Counted from the whole stretch's first letter, positions 45,739 to 58,656 are shown. The stretch: 61,855 nucleotides of DNA, filler included, from 14 parts of 14 records of this genome joined end to end with filler, not necessarily neighbours in it, one strand, 5' to 3'. Notes: a model not told the origin generated them from the sequence alone. A program made the numbers and translations.

Positions 45739-46113
45739 TGACCAATATCGTTTATAACAACCATACTCGTAAAAACATGATAAAATCTTTGAGGTCGACT
45801 TCCTTCAGGACTCGTCGTCAAAATTACATGTACATGTCATCAACTTTGTCGCGTTAATTGCTCGATGTGTACATTGTCAAGATTTCATGATTGTACCAGA
45901 ACTCGTACCATACTCGTACCAGAATGATACCAGAATGATCTAAGAATGATACAGTACCAAACTGTCACTGTCAGCATTGAACCGAGGCTAAACAGCATAT
46001 GCATGTAACCACGATTACAATCACGCGCTGGCATAGTTTGCATGTATAACGTTCACGCTAATAATATGACCAGCATGATTGTAGATCTATAGTAGATCTA
46101 GATTGTATTTTGG

Positions 46114-47990
46114 TTAGCCGTATCTAGATCGTATCTTGCTCCTGGTTAGTCGCGTCACTCCGGATCCCTTGCGTGATCGGCCTAGAGAACTAGATAGCAA
46201 CGGAGAGGTGTTCGACCGAGAATGACGAGCAACAGCTAGTCTATTCGAACCAAGTTTTGGTGGTGTTGGGTGGCCGGCTGCCATATTGCACATGTGATTC
46301 TTCAAAGCGCCTCCCGATGAACGAAGAGCTGAACCAACGCCATGCGGAACCAAAAGCTGTTGGATGCCCTCTGGCATCAACGAGAACCATGGATCATGAC
46401 GCATTACCCACATTGCTGACTCACAGTCATCTGCGTTGCCCCGGACCCCCGCCAGCTGTAGCCGCAGCATTTCGATCCGGTGCTTTGTCATGGTTGGGCT
46501 GCGTTGGAGTATTGAGACTGCGTCGATTATGGAATTATGAAGGTGTTGAGGAGTTGGTATTTGCTCATACTGCTGTAAAATGCATATCAAAGATGCAAAC
46601 TGTTTTGATCGAGCAACTGACCGATGCAGCCGGTCCACTCCACAAGCTTCGACTGTTTCAAATAACCCGCGGTCTTGAATGCTCTTGAGAACGAGACCAA
46701 CGCAATTGTGGAAAGACTTCTGGTCCCATGCTGGCATTCTGTCCATGCAGACAGAATGGCCATTCTCGTGCTCCTCGACAGCATACAGCTGAATGTTTGA
46801 TACTGCCGAGGAGCCATCGGCTGCAGCCAAATTTGGTGCGGTCCGGCTTTGGCCCTCATTCCGGCCGGTACTTGAAGTAGAATCTCTGGATGCGGCAATG
46901 CATTCGTCTGCTCCAGGTTGACTTCGAGGATGCACCCGCTGCTGTCTGTTTGCTTGCTCACTCCTGGAATTCAGCTCATCGTCTGTCTCGAGGGAGGACA
47001 ATGAGAGCTTGTTACCCTGGACCTGCTCGCTAGGTCCATCAAACAGCTCGTGGCTCTGCATGGCCTTGCCCAGACCTTCCGACGAGGTCGCAGACTGGAT
47101 AAGCATATCCGAAGCGTGAGGCGATTCTTGCTCTACAATGCCGCAGTGCTTTGGGGCAGTCGCTGCTTCAGCGTCAAATAGTCGACCCTCCTCTACGTCC
47201 GTCACTCGATCCGCTTCTGGGTCAGATAGCTCAGGCCTCAGAGGCCGGCTGGGCTCCTTCCCTGGTGTACCGAGTGCCTCTCCCGACTGTGTCAGCTCAA
47301 CGGTCTGGCGAGAGTCTCTCTGTTTGGATTCAGTTTCGCGCTGCACCAAGCCGTCATCAACTGGGTCAGCTATACTGCCGGCATCGACCGGATCTGATAG
47401 ACTGCCGCCATCAACTGGGTCAGCAGTCTGTGCGGATGCGATAGAACAGTGGTTTGCGCCAGGTCCCCCTTGAGTACACTCGTGCTGCTGTCTAGCCGAA
47501 GGCTTCTGCTCTTTAAATCGAGCTGCTTGGTCCTTGGGAGCTCCTTTGAACCACCCCTCATGCGATACACAGGCTTTAAGTGTCTCAGACCGAACCTCGC
47601 CGTGTAGGCCAGCAAAGGCCGCAATCCTGTCATCTGGAGTCATCAAAGCCAGCGCGGCAGCCCTCTCTTCAAGTGACATGTCCCCCAGTGCCGCGTCCAC
47701 ACGAGTAGCCTTGGTGACGGCCTCGGCAGCAGCTTTAGCGGCCTTAGCGGCAGCCTCCTCTGCAGCGGCTCTGGCAGTAGCTTCCTCTGCAGCGGCCTTG
47801 GCCTGCTCCTGGCGTTTTAGTAGCTGTTTGAGCTCCTCGTTGAGCCTGCCTATCTCGTCACAGTCGTCGTTGTCAATCGCGCTCTGCAGTAGGTTCTTCT
47901 TAGTTGCAATCTGCTCAACCAGAATCGTAGCAGCCTCGACAGCAGCTTCCTCTGCAGCGGCTTTGGCAGCGGCCTTTGCAGGCGCCTCCT
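46114..47990 (-). CDS. Hypothetical low-complexity protein, 5' partial (AAAEEA repeats, MSLEERAAAL/MTPDDR helices)
   Basis: Long open frame continuing to the contig edge; no family recognised. Confidence 0.55.
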
Positions 47991-48090
47991 NNNNNNNNNN
48001 NNNNNNNNNNNNNNNNNNNNNNNNNNNNNNNNNNTTAATTAATTAANNNNNNNNNNNNNNNNNNNNNNNNNNNNNNNNNNNNNNNNNNNN

Positions 48091-49695
48091 GCCGCGCTGC
48101 AGCTCCGGCCCGAGCCTCGCGGGAAGCGGCTCCGGAGCACCCCCTCCCATGGCCGCGACCCCGACGGCACTTGGCGGGCGGTGACGCGGCTGGTAGAGGT
48201 CCTAGCGGGTAGCGACCCCTGGATGCAAGAGGTGGCGGCGGACACGTTGGGGAACGTGGCCCGGTCCGCGGCGGACGCGGAGGTGGTGGCGGCGGCCGGG
48301 GCGATCCCCGTGCTGGTACGGCTGCTTCGCGACGACATGGAGACGGGAGAGGGGATGGGCAGGGCGAGGGTGAGTAATGAGCTCAAGGAGGTTGTGGGGA
48401 ATACGTTGAGTATCATAGCCCGGGACCCGCGGCACACCGGGCTGGTGGTCGAGGCGGATGTGATTCCGTTGCTCGTTTCGATGCTGTCGGATGGCGCGAA
48501 TCCGCTCAAGGAGGTGGCGGCTGATACGTTGAGTAGCATCGCTCGGGTGGTAGAGCATGCTGAGAGGATTGTGGAGGCCGGGGCGGTGCCCAGGCTGGTC
48601 CAGATGCTCCGGGGGGGCGACTACGAGCTGCAACAGGCCGCTGCCTATACGCTGAGCATCATCACACATGCGGGGCAGCACGCGGGCGCAGTGGTCGACG
48701 CGGGCGCGCTGGCGGTTTTAGTTTCGATGCTGATCACTTGGATCTGCCACTCTGGGACCGACAACTACAGCGGGGATGGCTTGCAGGAGACCTGTACTAA
48801 CACGCTGAGTAACGTCGCACGAAGTGCGTCACACACGAAAGATGTGGTCGCGGCGCGCACGATACCGGTGCTCGTGTCGCTGCTGCAAGGGGGCACGGAC
48901 GAGCTTCAGAAGGCGGCGGCCGAGGCCATGAGCAACATCGCCCGGAATGACGAGCATGCCCCCGACTTAGTCTCTGCAGGGTCTCTTCCAGTGCTCGTAG
49001 CCCTCATCCAAGCCAACAACGATGAGCTTAAGGAATTAGCTGCCGACGCCCTCCGGGGGATTGTCCGCTGCCCGGCCTGCGTCCAGCCGGTGGTCCGGGC
49101 CGGGGCTGTGCCAGTGCTCTGCCGGCTGTTGCAAGGCTGGTCACCGGAGCTCAAGGAGGTCGCCGCGGATGTGCTGAGCTGCATAGTGAGGGTGGGCTCC
49201 AACGCGGAGCTGCTGGTGGAGGCCGGTGCGGTGCCGGTGCTGGTGCAGATGCTGGACGGCTCCGTGGAGGAGCTTAAGGAGCTCAGTCTGGATCTGCTGA
49301 ACTGCATAGCGCAGGAGCACTCACACCTCGAGACTGTCACAGCCACCGGGGTGGTGCCGGTGCTGGTGGGGATCCTGCAGAGCCCCGACCAAGCCACCGA
49401 GCTCCGGCAGATGGCTGCCGAGCTGGTCGGGAGCCTTGCGGTCAGCCACGCGTACACGGAGTCGATTGTGGCCGCCGGGGCAGTCGAAGCGTTAATGTCG
49501 CTACTCCAGCACGACGACCAGGGCTCGCTGCACCAGGTGGTGGCCGATACGCTCCAGAGCATTTTCGAGAACCAGCCGCACCACAATGCGCTCTCGGACG
49601 CGACTAGCGCCGGCGGATGCTCGTCGTCAAGCAGTAGCTGCTGTGTCGAACAAGACAATGAAATGTTGGGCGGTTCCATGAGCGCTTCGGTGTAG
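48091..49695 (+). CDS. Armadillo-repeat protein, 5' partial; intronless
   Basis: About 10 repeats of the form AGAVPVLV.LL....ELKE.AA..L..IA. Confidence 0.92.
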   Translation, partial: AALQLRPEPRGKRLRSTPSHGRDPDGTWRAVTRLVEVLAGSDPWMQEVAADTLGNVARSAADAEVVAAAGAIPVLVRLLRDDMETGEGMGRARVSNELKEVVGNTLSIIARDPRHTGLVVEADVIPLLVSMLSDGANPLKEVAADTLSSIARVVEHAERIVEAGAVPRLVQMLRGGDYELQQAAAYTLSIITHAGQHAGAVVDAGALAVLVSMLITWICHSGTDNYSGDGLQETCTNTLSNVARSASHTKDVVAARTIPVLVSLLQGGTDELQKAAAEAMSNIARNDEHAPDLVSAGSLPVLVALIQANNDELKELAADALRGIVRCPACVQPVVRAGAVPVLCRLLQGWSPELKEVAADVLSCIVRVGSNAELLVEAGAVPVLVQMLDGSVEELKELSLDLLNCIAQEHSHLETVTATGVVPVLVGILQSPDQATELRQMAAELVGSLAVSHAYTESIVAAGAVEALMSLLQHDDQGSLHQVVADTLQSIFENQPHHNALSDATSAGGCSSSSSSCCVEQDNEMLGGSMSASV

Positions 49696-49944
49696 CTCTG
49701 GGGGGAGCCGGATGTATGTGTGATTAGTAGAGCTCCGCGCCGATTCCGCCTGTCTTTGAAGAAAGTTGGAGGTCGCGCGGAGCCGATTATAATTATAGAT
49801 CGAGCTAATATTTAGGAATGATTAAAACATAATGATATATTGAAAGGCTAGTTGGCTGACTCGAGCTGAACCTCATCCTACAGCGCAACGTGACAGCGCG
49901 TCACACGTTTAATATACATAGATCTCCGACTGCAGGCCGGCTGC

Positions 49945-50622
49945 TCAGTTGACGTATCTGACCGGGTCTGGGCCTCCTGACGGCCTCCAGCTCTGGCCTC
50001 GGACTCTCCAGAGCGGCTCAACCGCCCGGCCCCGGAGCGACTCGGCGTAGCTCCGATCGATGGCCATGGCCGTCTCGGCCATGTCCTCCCGCTCCATCAC
50101 CCAAAGCCCTTGCTGGATCGTCCCCGGGTCGCCCAGCCGGTACCTGACACCACCACTCTCCACCACCGGCGCGCGCGGCGGCAGACACGGGGCCGGGCCG
50201 GCGCGGGCGTTCACTACCCGACCGTCCCGGGAGGGTAAATGGGCCTCGGTGGGTGGGGTGTGCCGCCAGCAGTCGCGCGGTCGGCAGCCGGGCGGCTTGG
50301 TACCCGCCCGAGCCGGGACCGGTGGGGCGATCTCGGGCGAGTCTCGGGCATGCGCCCACAGGTGGCACCCCGGGGGTGGGTCGAAACGCTGCTCGGTCGG
50401 CCGGATCACTCCGAGCTCGACTCCATCGGCTCGGACTAGGCGGACCACCAGCTGATTGATCATGCCGGGAGGGACCTCCAGCTGGCGCGCCGCTTGCTGG
50501 AGCAGCTGGCGGTGTGTAACGGAACGGCCAACCGACAGCTGCGAGCACGAACCTGTTGAAGTGAGCAGCGGCAGCACCTGCGCCCGCTCAACGCCCAAAG
50601 AGCCCGCCACAACCCTCACCAT
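49945..50622 (-). CDS. Hypothetical protein
   Basis: ATG-initiated ORF in divergent arrangement with CCGTT motifs upstream; no family recognised. Confidence 0.45.
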   Translation of the reverse strand: MVRVVAGSLGVERAQVLPLLTSTGSCSQLSVGRSVTHRQLLQQAARQLEVPPGMINQLVVRLVRADGVELGVIRPTEQRFDPPPGCHLWAHARDSPEIAPPVPARAGTKPPGCRPRDCWRHTPPTEAHLPSRDGRVVNARAGPAPCLPPRAPVVESGGVRYRLGDPGTIQQGLWVMEREDMAETAMAIDRSYAESLRGRAVEPLWRVRGQSWRPSGGPDPVRYVN

Positions 50623-50670
50623 TGCCGTTGGAGACCGTTGAGATTCACGGTGTGGTGCGCGGCGGTCGCG

Positions 50671-51177
50671 ATGGCCTGTGTGACGGCAACAAGCCCCGAG
50701 CAGGCCGAGGAGAGCCGGCGGCTAGTGCGTCAGCTCGCCTCCAAGTACAACCTCACCACCCACCCTGTCCTCGCTCGACAAGCGGATATCTGCCGCCGGT
50801 TCAGCCAACGCCAGGGCCTTCCGCGCCGCCGAAACTGCGTGCGGCCGGCTCCAGCGCGCAATCCCAACGGACGCGTCGAGCCGACAGGGAATCAGCTCGT
50901 CGGCAGTTGGTCAGCCGGGCGCATGGCTGGGGCGGAATGGCCATTGCCCCGGGCGGGTGCGCGGCCCACTCCTCGGCCCAAATCCACCACTTGGCCGAGC
51001 GTCGCACTAAGCGCCTGGTTCAGGCAGCCGGGATGTGCCGACGGGGATGCAAGCCACAGGGCGCGGGGCTCCGGAATCAGGCTTCTATGAGCATGAGCTC
51101 AGCGTGCCGCTGGCTACTCATGTTGCTGGCTACATCGACCCGGAAGAAGCAGTGGCGGCTGTGGCTGTACCTGACAC
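50671..51177 (+). CDS. Hypothetical protein, intron-containing, 3' partial
   Basis: MACVTATSPEQAEESRRLVRQLASKY... with frame shifts consistent with short introns. Confidence 0.4.
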
Positions 51178-51277
51178 NNNNNNNNNNNNNNNNNNNNNNN
51201 NNNNNNNNNNNNNNNNNNNNNTTAATTAATTAANNNNNNNNNNNNNNNNNNNNNNNNNNNNNNNNNNNNNNNNNNNN

Positions 51278-51827
51278 CCGAAGTGCCGGGCGGCGGGGTC
51301 ACCCCAGTATGCATCGGCGCTGTTGTGTGGTTGAATCGGTTGTCGGCCAATACGAACAGCTCGTTCAGTCGGCCCGGCCGGAGCAGCTCGCTCGGCACGT
51401 CCAGCCAGAAGGCCACATACCCGCCGGCCTTGTGCTCGCCCAGCTCTTTGCCGTTGACGAACACCCGGCAGTAGAAGGAGCACGACTGAAACTGGAGACG
51501 GGCCGCCAGCCCGGCCGCCGGCCCCTCGAACTCAGTCCTGTAGAAGGCGGTGCCGCGCGGGCCGAGGTACCCCGGGGCGCCGCCGGCCACCACGTCCATG
51601 CAGCTCGGGACGTCGGTGGTGTTTGGGGTCAGATCGGCCCGGGGGACCAAGCCCGGGTCCATGGCGTCGAAGCCTGCGATGGCGCCGTCCCCGCCGTCGA
51701 TGTACCCATAGGCCCAGCGGCCGTCCAGGGTGGACACAGCCCTTGAGCCGCCGAACCGGGGCCAGTACCGAGGCGACTCCGCCCAGACGCAGCTGCTCAG
51801 CAGCGCCACAGCTACAGGCAAACGCAT
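51278..51827 (-). CDS. Secreted GH2 glycosidase (beta-glucuronidase/galactosidase-like), sugar-binding domain, 3' partial
   Basis: Signal peptide; LDGRW, VPSC, GTAFYRT.F, LQFQSCSFYCRVFVNG..LGEH..GGY..F, NELFVLADN. Confidence 0.85.
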
Positions 51828-51928
51828 TCTCCTCGAAGACCTCGGCTCGGCTGCCGGCCGTTACTCAGTGCCGTTACTCAGGCTCAGTTGAGTTCGCTGC
51901 GAGGCAGGTGACAGGGCCGCAGGCAGCG

Positions 51929-54900
51929 ATGTCCTCGCCGGGGAGTCCTGCTATAGACCGCGACGTCGGGGTGAGAGACCGGGCCACACCCCGATCTGAG
52001 CCGGCCGCGCCAGGGCGGGCTCACCCTGCTGCACTACGCAGCGCTCTGGGGGCACGTTGACACGGCAAACGCGCTGCTAGACAACGGCGCCTCGCACCAA
52101 GCTGTCGACAACCAGGCGCTAGCCCGGGCCCGGCCTGGAGCGACCTGGTCGGGGGCGCAGGGCAACACCCCGCTTCACACGGCCGCGGCGGAGGGCCACG
52201 CGGACGTTGTGCAGTGCCTGCTCGGCTGCGGCAGCGATAAGGCAGTTGTAGCCTCCGCCCGAGGTTGACCCCGCCGACAGGCCGCGCGGAACAACGCCAG
52301 GCAGCGGCCGGTGGATGTGACAACTGACGCCGGTGCGCTGGCCAGCTACAGCCCGGGCTGATTCAGGCTGCAGAGTGCAAACGGTTACTGGAGTGCGCCG
52401 ATGACGGCCAGAACGGTGGTGACGCTGGTTCGACCGGACCGGGCAGCGCGGGCGGGCGGCGAGAGGTGGGTTGGGTGGCTGGGTGGGCTGGTTGAGGCGG
52501 GCGGTGTCAGATCGCAGGCCCGGGCGCGCTGCAGGCGGGCGGCTCAGGCAGGCTGGGCGATGGCGCGGAATCGTCTGGCTCCTGGCTCTCCCAGCCGAGC
52601 AGCACAGGCCCGCGAGGCCGGTCGGCGGACCCGTCGGGATCGGTGGCTGAGCTCGAAGCCGAGGCGCTGGCTCACGACATGGCCAACACGGTTGTGTCAC
52701 TTGTGGAGCAGAAGCACAGTTTCCCAGTCAAGGCGACCCAAGTGAACCAGGCGTTAGCTCGGACCCGGTACGAAGGGTTTGGCGACTGGCTCCAAAGCAA
52801 GGCGCGGGGCGCCGGCAAAATGGACAGGCGAGCGGGGCGGGGTATCGGCGCTGATGTTGGTTGCAGGGCCCAGTTGGAGAGATATGTGCTGGCGCACTTG
52901 GACGGACAGAGCTGCAGCCTGCCGACGGAGACGGACGGGCTGCGCTACCCATCGATGCGCGCCGTGTTCGATCAATATAAGACAGAGCGGTGCCTGCCGG
53001 TCCGCTGGGCTCAATTGGAGGCCTCAGGTCTGTGTTTGGACAAGCCCGGGTGGGCGTGGAGCTGGAAGGGCTGACAGCGTGCCTTACCGAGTTTGACATG
53101 TCGCCGGAGCTGTTCACCGACGAGATGGTCCTGGAACAGTTTGAACGCGAGTCGGTCCAGCTCGGTGCGTGCACCGTGCTTTCTTGTGTGAGCCTCGAGT
53201 GCAGGGCCGTCCGAATACCTCCCAGAGGATCAGTTCTACGTGGTGGTTGCGCGGTGCGTCGAGGCCGCTATCGAGGCCACAGTCAACGAGCCGCCCATCC
53301 CCGGAGTGCTCGAGCTCGCTGAGCTGGAGCATTTGCGTCAGGCAGCCCTCCGGTCTCCGGAGCAGGTGCACCCGTGTCCCTCTCGAGCGGGTCTGACGGG
53401 CTGGGGCAGGTGGCGGCTGCCCACAAGCTTTTCGACGAGATCGACTCGGATAAGAACGGCGTGATCACCCGCGACGAGGTGTGCTCAGCCTGCGGCCGGG
53501 CTGAGTTTGGGCAGTTCCAAGAGGCGCACGATAAGGCGGCTGAGCAGGCAGTCGCCGAGGAGGTCAAGCGCAATGCGGAGCAGCAAGCTGCGCAGATCCG
53601 GCGAAGATCTGAGGACGAGGCCGCCAGGCGGGAGGCGGACAAGGCTGCGGGCAAGGCCGCGGGCAAGGCGGGCAACACAGCGACGGCAGCTCAGGAAGCA
53701 GAGCTGCGCAAGCAAGCCGAGGCAGCAGCGGCCGAAATCCGGAGGCAAGCCGAGGCAGATGCAGCGCGGATCAGGAAGGAAGCTAAAGATGAGGCAGCGC
53801 GGATCAGGAGAGAAAGTAAAGATGAGCTGGCCAAGAGCAGAAGGGACGAGCAGGAGGCTGAGCGGAGGCGAAAGCAGGAGGAAACTGCAGAGAGAGAGAG
53901 GAAGCAGAGGCAGGAGGCGGAGAAGAAGAGTAAACAGAAGCGGGAGGCACTGGCCAAGCGGTCTGCTGCCCGGGCTGCAAAGGAGCAGAAGCCGCAGGAT
54001 GACATCGGGCTGCGGATCGTGCTCAAAGGGGAAGATGGTGATGAGGTTCGGGTAGTGACTGCAGGCCCGAGCGATACAATAGGCTCTCTGCTGGATCAAA
54101 TGCAGCCAAATTTCGAGAGCAGGCTCCGGAAAGCTGGCTCAACAGAGGATTTGCCCGAGGCGGCCACTCTGCGTCAATGTGGGGTCCACTCCGGCACAGA
54201 GCTCGAGCTGTTTGTGTCGGGGATTCCCAAAGGATCGAGGGAGGCTATGCAGTTTGAGGTGAGATCGGCTTTTTGGGCTGGAACAACTGATCAGCTGGTG
54301 CAGACGCAGCCCCGAGTGGTGTCTCCAGAGAGCGAGCAGCTACCACGTGTAGATCAGATGCCCAAGCCAGCTTCGCAGCCTGGCAATACTCGTGGCAAGC
54401 CTGCCAAATCGCAGTTCCCTCCACGCAAGACACTGGTGTCCAGGTCGCAGCCGATGCCAGTCCAGCGCCAGCCTGCCCCATTGTCGTTGTGGGATCGCGT
54501 GGTCGGTACTTCATGGGTCTGCCCTCAGATTGAGCGCATATTTGACACATATGTTAAGGCCCGGGCTCCTCCACGAGGTCACGCAGGCCGAGTCGAGGAG
54601 GCTGAGGGGTTGCAGGTGCCACATTTGACGAGATCGCCACAGCTAATGAAAGAATGGACCTATCAGAGGTGAGCGACTGTGATGCTTGAAATGCAGGCCT
54701 GGATATAACGACCTGAGGTGTCGTGTGCAGTTCACTCAAATGGCTGTGGACTATGGCTTTGTGCCTGAGCTGCTTTCTGTCGAAATGCTCAGAGCTGTCT
54801 TCTTCGAGGTTTGAACTTGTCCTGGGTACCGCTGACAGAGCATGCTGCTGCAGGCTAGCTCGGGAGATGATGATCGAGCCCACCTGGACGTCAAGCAGTT

Positions 54901-56238
54901 TGAGGCCAGCATAGCCAGAATGGCGGATGCTGCAGTCTCTGTCTGTGTAGACTCCGCCATGCCACAAGGAGTGATGGCTCTCCTCACTATTCTGGAGGCG
55001 GCTCATGGCGACAGCCAAGCTGAACATGAACGGTGCATCCCCAACCCAAGTAGCCCAGCGCCCATCTACCAATGGGAGACGCGCAACAACCCTGAGAGGC
55101 CTGCAGTCCGAGCCAACAGCAATCCGCGGAGTCGACAACGAGTGCCGCTGCGGACCCGACCTGGAAGCCCCCTGCGGATGCTACCAAATGGCAAGCTGGC
55201 ACGTCAGCGCGTGATGCTGCTACCCAATGACGGTGGGATGACCAAGGTTCCGGTTCCAGCTTTCATACATGATTCCACGTCGTTGCTGGAAGAGGCTGCG
55301 CGCAAGCTGCAGCTGCCATGGGCAGCTCGACGATTCTTCAACCCAAACGGTGTCGAGATCTCCTCGCTCCATCAGATCCAGCCCGAGGATGTGCTTATTG
55401 TGTCTACTGGTGAGGATTTCAAGCCGTGGAAAGGCAATAGCGGGCCGCCTCGGGCTCGCTCTCCGGTCCGTGTGCCGACAGAGTACAGTTCCTCAAGCAC
55501 AGTGCTGAACCAGGACCTGAAGAAAGCGTCCAATGCCAAGCCGTCCGACGCCTTCTTCAGGTCTGGTGAGGCAAGAAACCGGAAGATTTCGCCAGGCCGC
55601 CGGATGCAGCATGTGCGACGGTACCTCTCATCTGATCTAGTGTTGTACCGCTTTGCTAGTTCGACTGGTGGGTCCAGGTGCTCGATAAGAATGAATGATG
55701 GCGGCAAAGCGCCAGACCGTGGAGTGGTGCAGGCTTCCAGTTGGCAAGGGCTCTGCGACGAGGCTGCCTTTCAGCTGGGACTACCCTACGGCGTCACTAG
55801 GCTGTTTACAATCTTTGGGCAGGAGATCACTGCTATCAGTCAGGTGCCTGGTGGTGAGCCTGAGCAGCCTCAGTAGGCTCTACCTGTGCAGGTGGTCAGT
55901 GGGATGGACTTGGTGGCATCGTGTGGTGAGGATTATGTGGACCGAAGGCCAAATAGGTTTGCCCAGACAGAATTGCCGCCACGTTTGACGTCGCCGGACA
56001 GGTCAAGCATACGCGATCTAGAGAGGGAGGTTATGGTCAGCGAGCAGCGGTTGCTGGATGCGCAGCAGGAGCTGGAACAGGCGCGGGTAGGCTTCTCCCT
56101 GTGTGTCGACACACTCGCTGTAGCTATTACTTCCATTTATTTTTCGTGATGGATCGTCACTGAGCTGTAACTGAGCTGTTTGGTGTGGTACAGTCATCAT
56201 CAACCGGACCGGCTGCTAGCACATCCCAGTTCCCCTGA
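51929..56238 (+). CDS. Large multi-exon locus (one or two genes): ankyrin repeats, EF-hand, coiled coil, ubiquitin-like and two doublecortin-like domains
   Basis: LTLLHYAALWGH, GNTPLHTAAAEGH; FDEIDSDKNGVITRDE; TLRQCGVHSGTELELFV; LLEEAARKLQLPWAARRFFNPNGVEI..L.QI....VLIVSTGEDF; LGLPYGVTRLFTIFGQEI. Confidence 0.7.
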
Positions 56239-56483
56239 CGGAACTAAGGACGCATGATTGTATGCCAAGTGACCATTGTTAGATCATTGTACAACTAAAA
56301 TACAGGGCGCAAGTAGGGCGCCGGTGCATGCACGCAAGAAAGCGCACGTTGAGCACTGAGCGTTGCACGAGTACAAAACGACTTAAAACGAAAGGATTTA
56401 AATAAATCATTCGGGAGGCAATTAGGAGGCAATCGGCTTTCCTATCGATTTAGTAAAACACGCGCCTGGGATGTAACATTGTA

Positions 56484-57879
56484 CTATATTGTCCATATGC
56501 TTCGTGAAAGGTTGTCCACTCCGCCAGCAATGCCAGCTTTCGCTTGCTCCTTGAACCTTGGGAGCTCTGTCGCGCTTCCAAATGCACCAACCATAACCTC
56601 TTTCTCAGCATTTGCTGGCTCGTTTGTTGGAGGGGGCACTGTCATCTTGTGTCCATGGGTGCCTGTGATTTCATTCCAATCAAATACAGCGAGCAAAATC
56701 AAGTTAAATCAAGTGGCACTTGCCTGTGTAAAATTCCGTCCATAGCATGCTGCCAGGGAAGCCCATTTCCCCTTGCCCGCCCATCCAAATTCGCACATAG
56801 CCAGCTTGCTGATACACGACAGCTGCGCCATGGTGCCCAATCCGAGCCCAAGGGTTCTGATCTATCTGACCACGCTGGTCCCACCTCCACTCAGCCAGGA
56901 ACCTCTCTGAATACCACGCGTTGACAGCGTGCTTTCCCACGTTGCCTTCAGGGGGCCAATGGCGGTCATAATTGGCCATCTGTGTCGTATTTGTCATCGG
57001 AAAGCCGTTCTTGGCAAAAGCGCCAGAGACCTTAGCAGTCACCAGTGCAACAGGAGAGCAGCCATGCCATCGCCTGATCTCGTTGACCCTTTCTACTATT
57101 TCCCATTGAAGCCGGCGCATGAACTCCGGATCGTCCGGGCGCTCTTCCCTCCATGCCAGCCAGCTGCCGCCTCCAGCAGGCCTGACAAGAGGGCTCTGCA
57201 CCTGTTGCTTGCTGCTGCACGGCACCCAGATTCCGGAGCACACATCGCTCATGAAGAAACGAACCCGCACAAGCTCCCCGTTCGCCGCTCGCTGGGGCCG
57301 GAATGCCCATCGCTGGCCGTAAGCGGTCCCAGCGAGCTGATCGCCGTCCAGCTCGCCCTGGAGTCCGTTGTGCTGCCCCAGGTTGTCGGTCCACTCATAA
57401 CTCCGGCCGGACTGCTTGGCGAAGCGCCCGCGGATGTGGCTCATCCCTTTTAGCTCGTACTCAATCCCTTCCAGCCACCGCCCCGTGCCACCGCCGCCTG
57501 TGCTCGGCGGGAGCTCGCCCACCTCCTCGATCGTGAAATCAACCGTCTGGCCGTCCGGCTGGGCAGCGCTGCAGATCTGCCCCACCGCCACAACCTCCTT
57601 GGGGAATCGGAGCAGGTCGTGGTCGCCGTCTCGTGCGACCTTCACGGTCCTGCCAGGCTCGAGTGTGTAGCTCGTGACACCCGACATGTGGCTGTGCTCG
57701 CACCGGCCGTTCTGGTGGAACCGCGCCGTCATGAGGTCACTCGGGACCCCCGGCAGGTGGACCCGGAACCGGATGTAAGTGCCCCGTAGCGCCACTAGAC
57801 CGGCGGGCCGCTGGTTCGAGATCCGCTCCAGGTCAGCCTGCAGTGCCTTCTTGTCTGAGCTGGAACCGCACCCTCCCAT
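56484..57879 (-). CDS. Probably N-myristoylated protein with a divergent CAP/SCP domain; 1 GC-AG intron
   Basis: MGGCGSS start; IVERVNEIRRWHGCSPV, AVNAWYSE, IGHHGAAV. Intron 56663-56723 joins the final exon. Confidence 0.65.
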
Positions 57880-58116
57880 GAATTCGCCAGGTACCGGTAG
57901 GGACCTACAGTCGTAGAGACCGGACGCGGTACGCAGTAGCATAGCAAATGCTCTGAGCTACATCGGATACAGGACCCTATGCCTTACAAGTTTGAACATA
58001 ATAATGTTTGCATGCTACTACATGCTGCTCGCACTTTAAAATGAAGAGCATGATAGTAAAAACCTGATTGCTACTAAGAGTAAATGTTGGATTGCAAGCG
58101 TGCAATCATGATGCCA

Positions 58117-58656
58117 TCACTTCTTAGAGTGTTTTTTGACATAGTTCTTTGCTGCCGACTCGGCTGCTGCCACTTTGCCCATTGCATCCACTGTCGAATT
58201 GTTCTTTGCATGGTGCCTTTTGCTTGCCTGTTCAAGAATGTGCTTGTACTTTCGGAGCTCCATTTCTTTATCCAGCATGGTTTTAGCAAGCAGCTGACTC
58301 TGCTCTGCAATCTGCTGTCCACGCTGCATTGCTGCATCGACGTCCTCAGGATCCGCTTTCACAACACCACTTGTAGCATTTTGACGTAGAGCAAAGCTTT
58401 CTCTATTGTATCGACTGTTCAGAGATCGGAATATCTCGCATTTCTCCAAGAGTGGCATCTTGGTGGCTGGAGTTTTAAGGTCAGATGCATCTGCAGGTGG
58501 AACACCGCCACAGAGAGTCTGCTCCATCCTGAGCAAATAGGTATGGAATGCTGGGATGGTGCCTTGCTCGGCCGCAGTCTGAAATTTTGACTGCAAAAGG
58601 CGGAACGAAGTGCAAAAGGCGGACTTGTCTTCATTTGGACAATACTTCTTGGTCAT
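58117..58656 (-). CDS. Hypothetical protein, probably 5' partial
   Basis: 179-aa helical ORF next to the contig edge. Confidence 0.45.
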   Translation of the reverse strand: MTKKYCPNEDKSAFCTSFRLLQSKFQTAAEQGTIPAFHTYLLRMEQTLCGGVPPADASDLKTPATKMPLLEKCEIFRSLNSRYNRESFALRQNATSGVVKADPEDVDAAMQRGQQIAEQSQLLAKTMLDKEMELRKYKHILEQASKRHHAKNNSTVDAMGKVAAAESAAKNYVKKHSKK

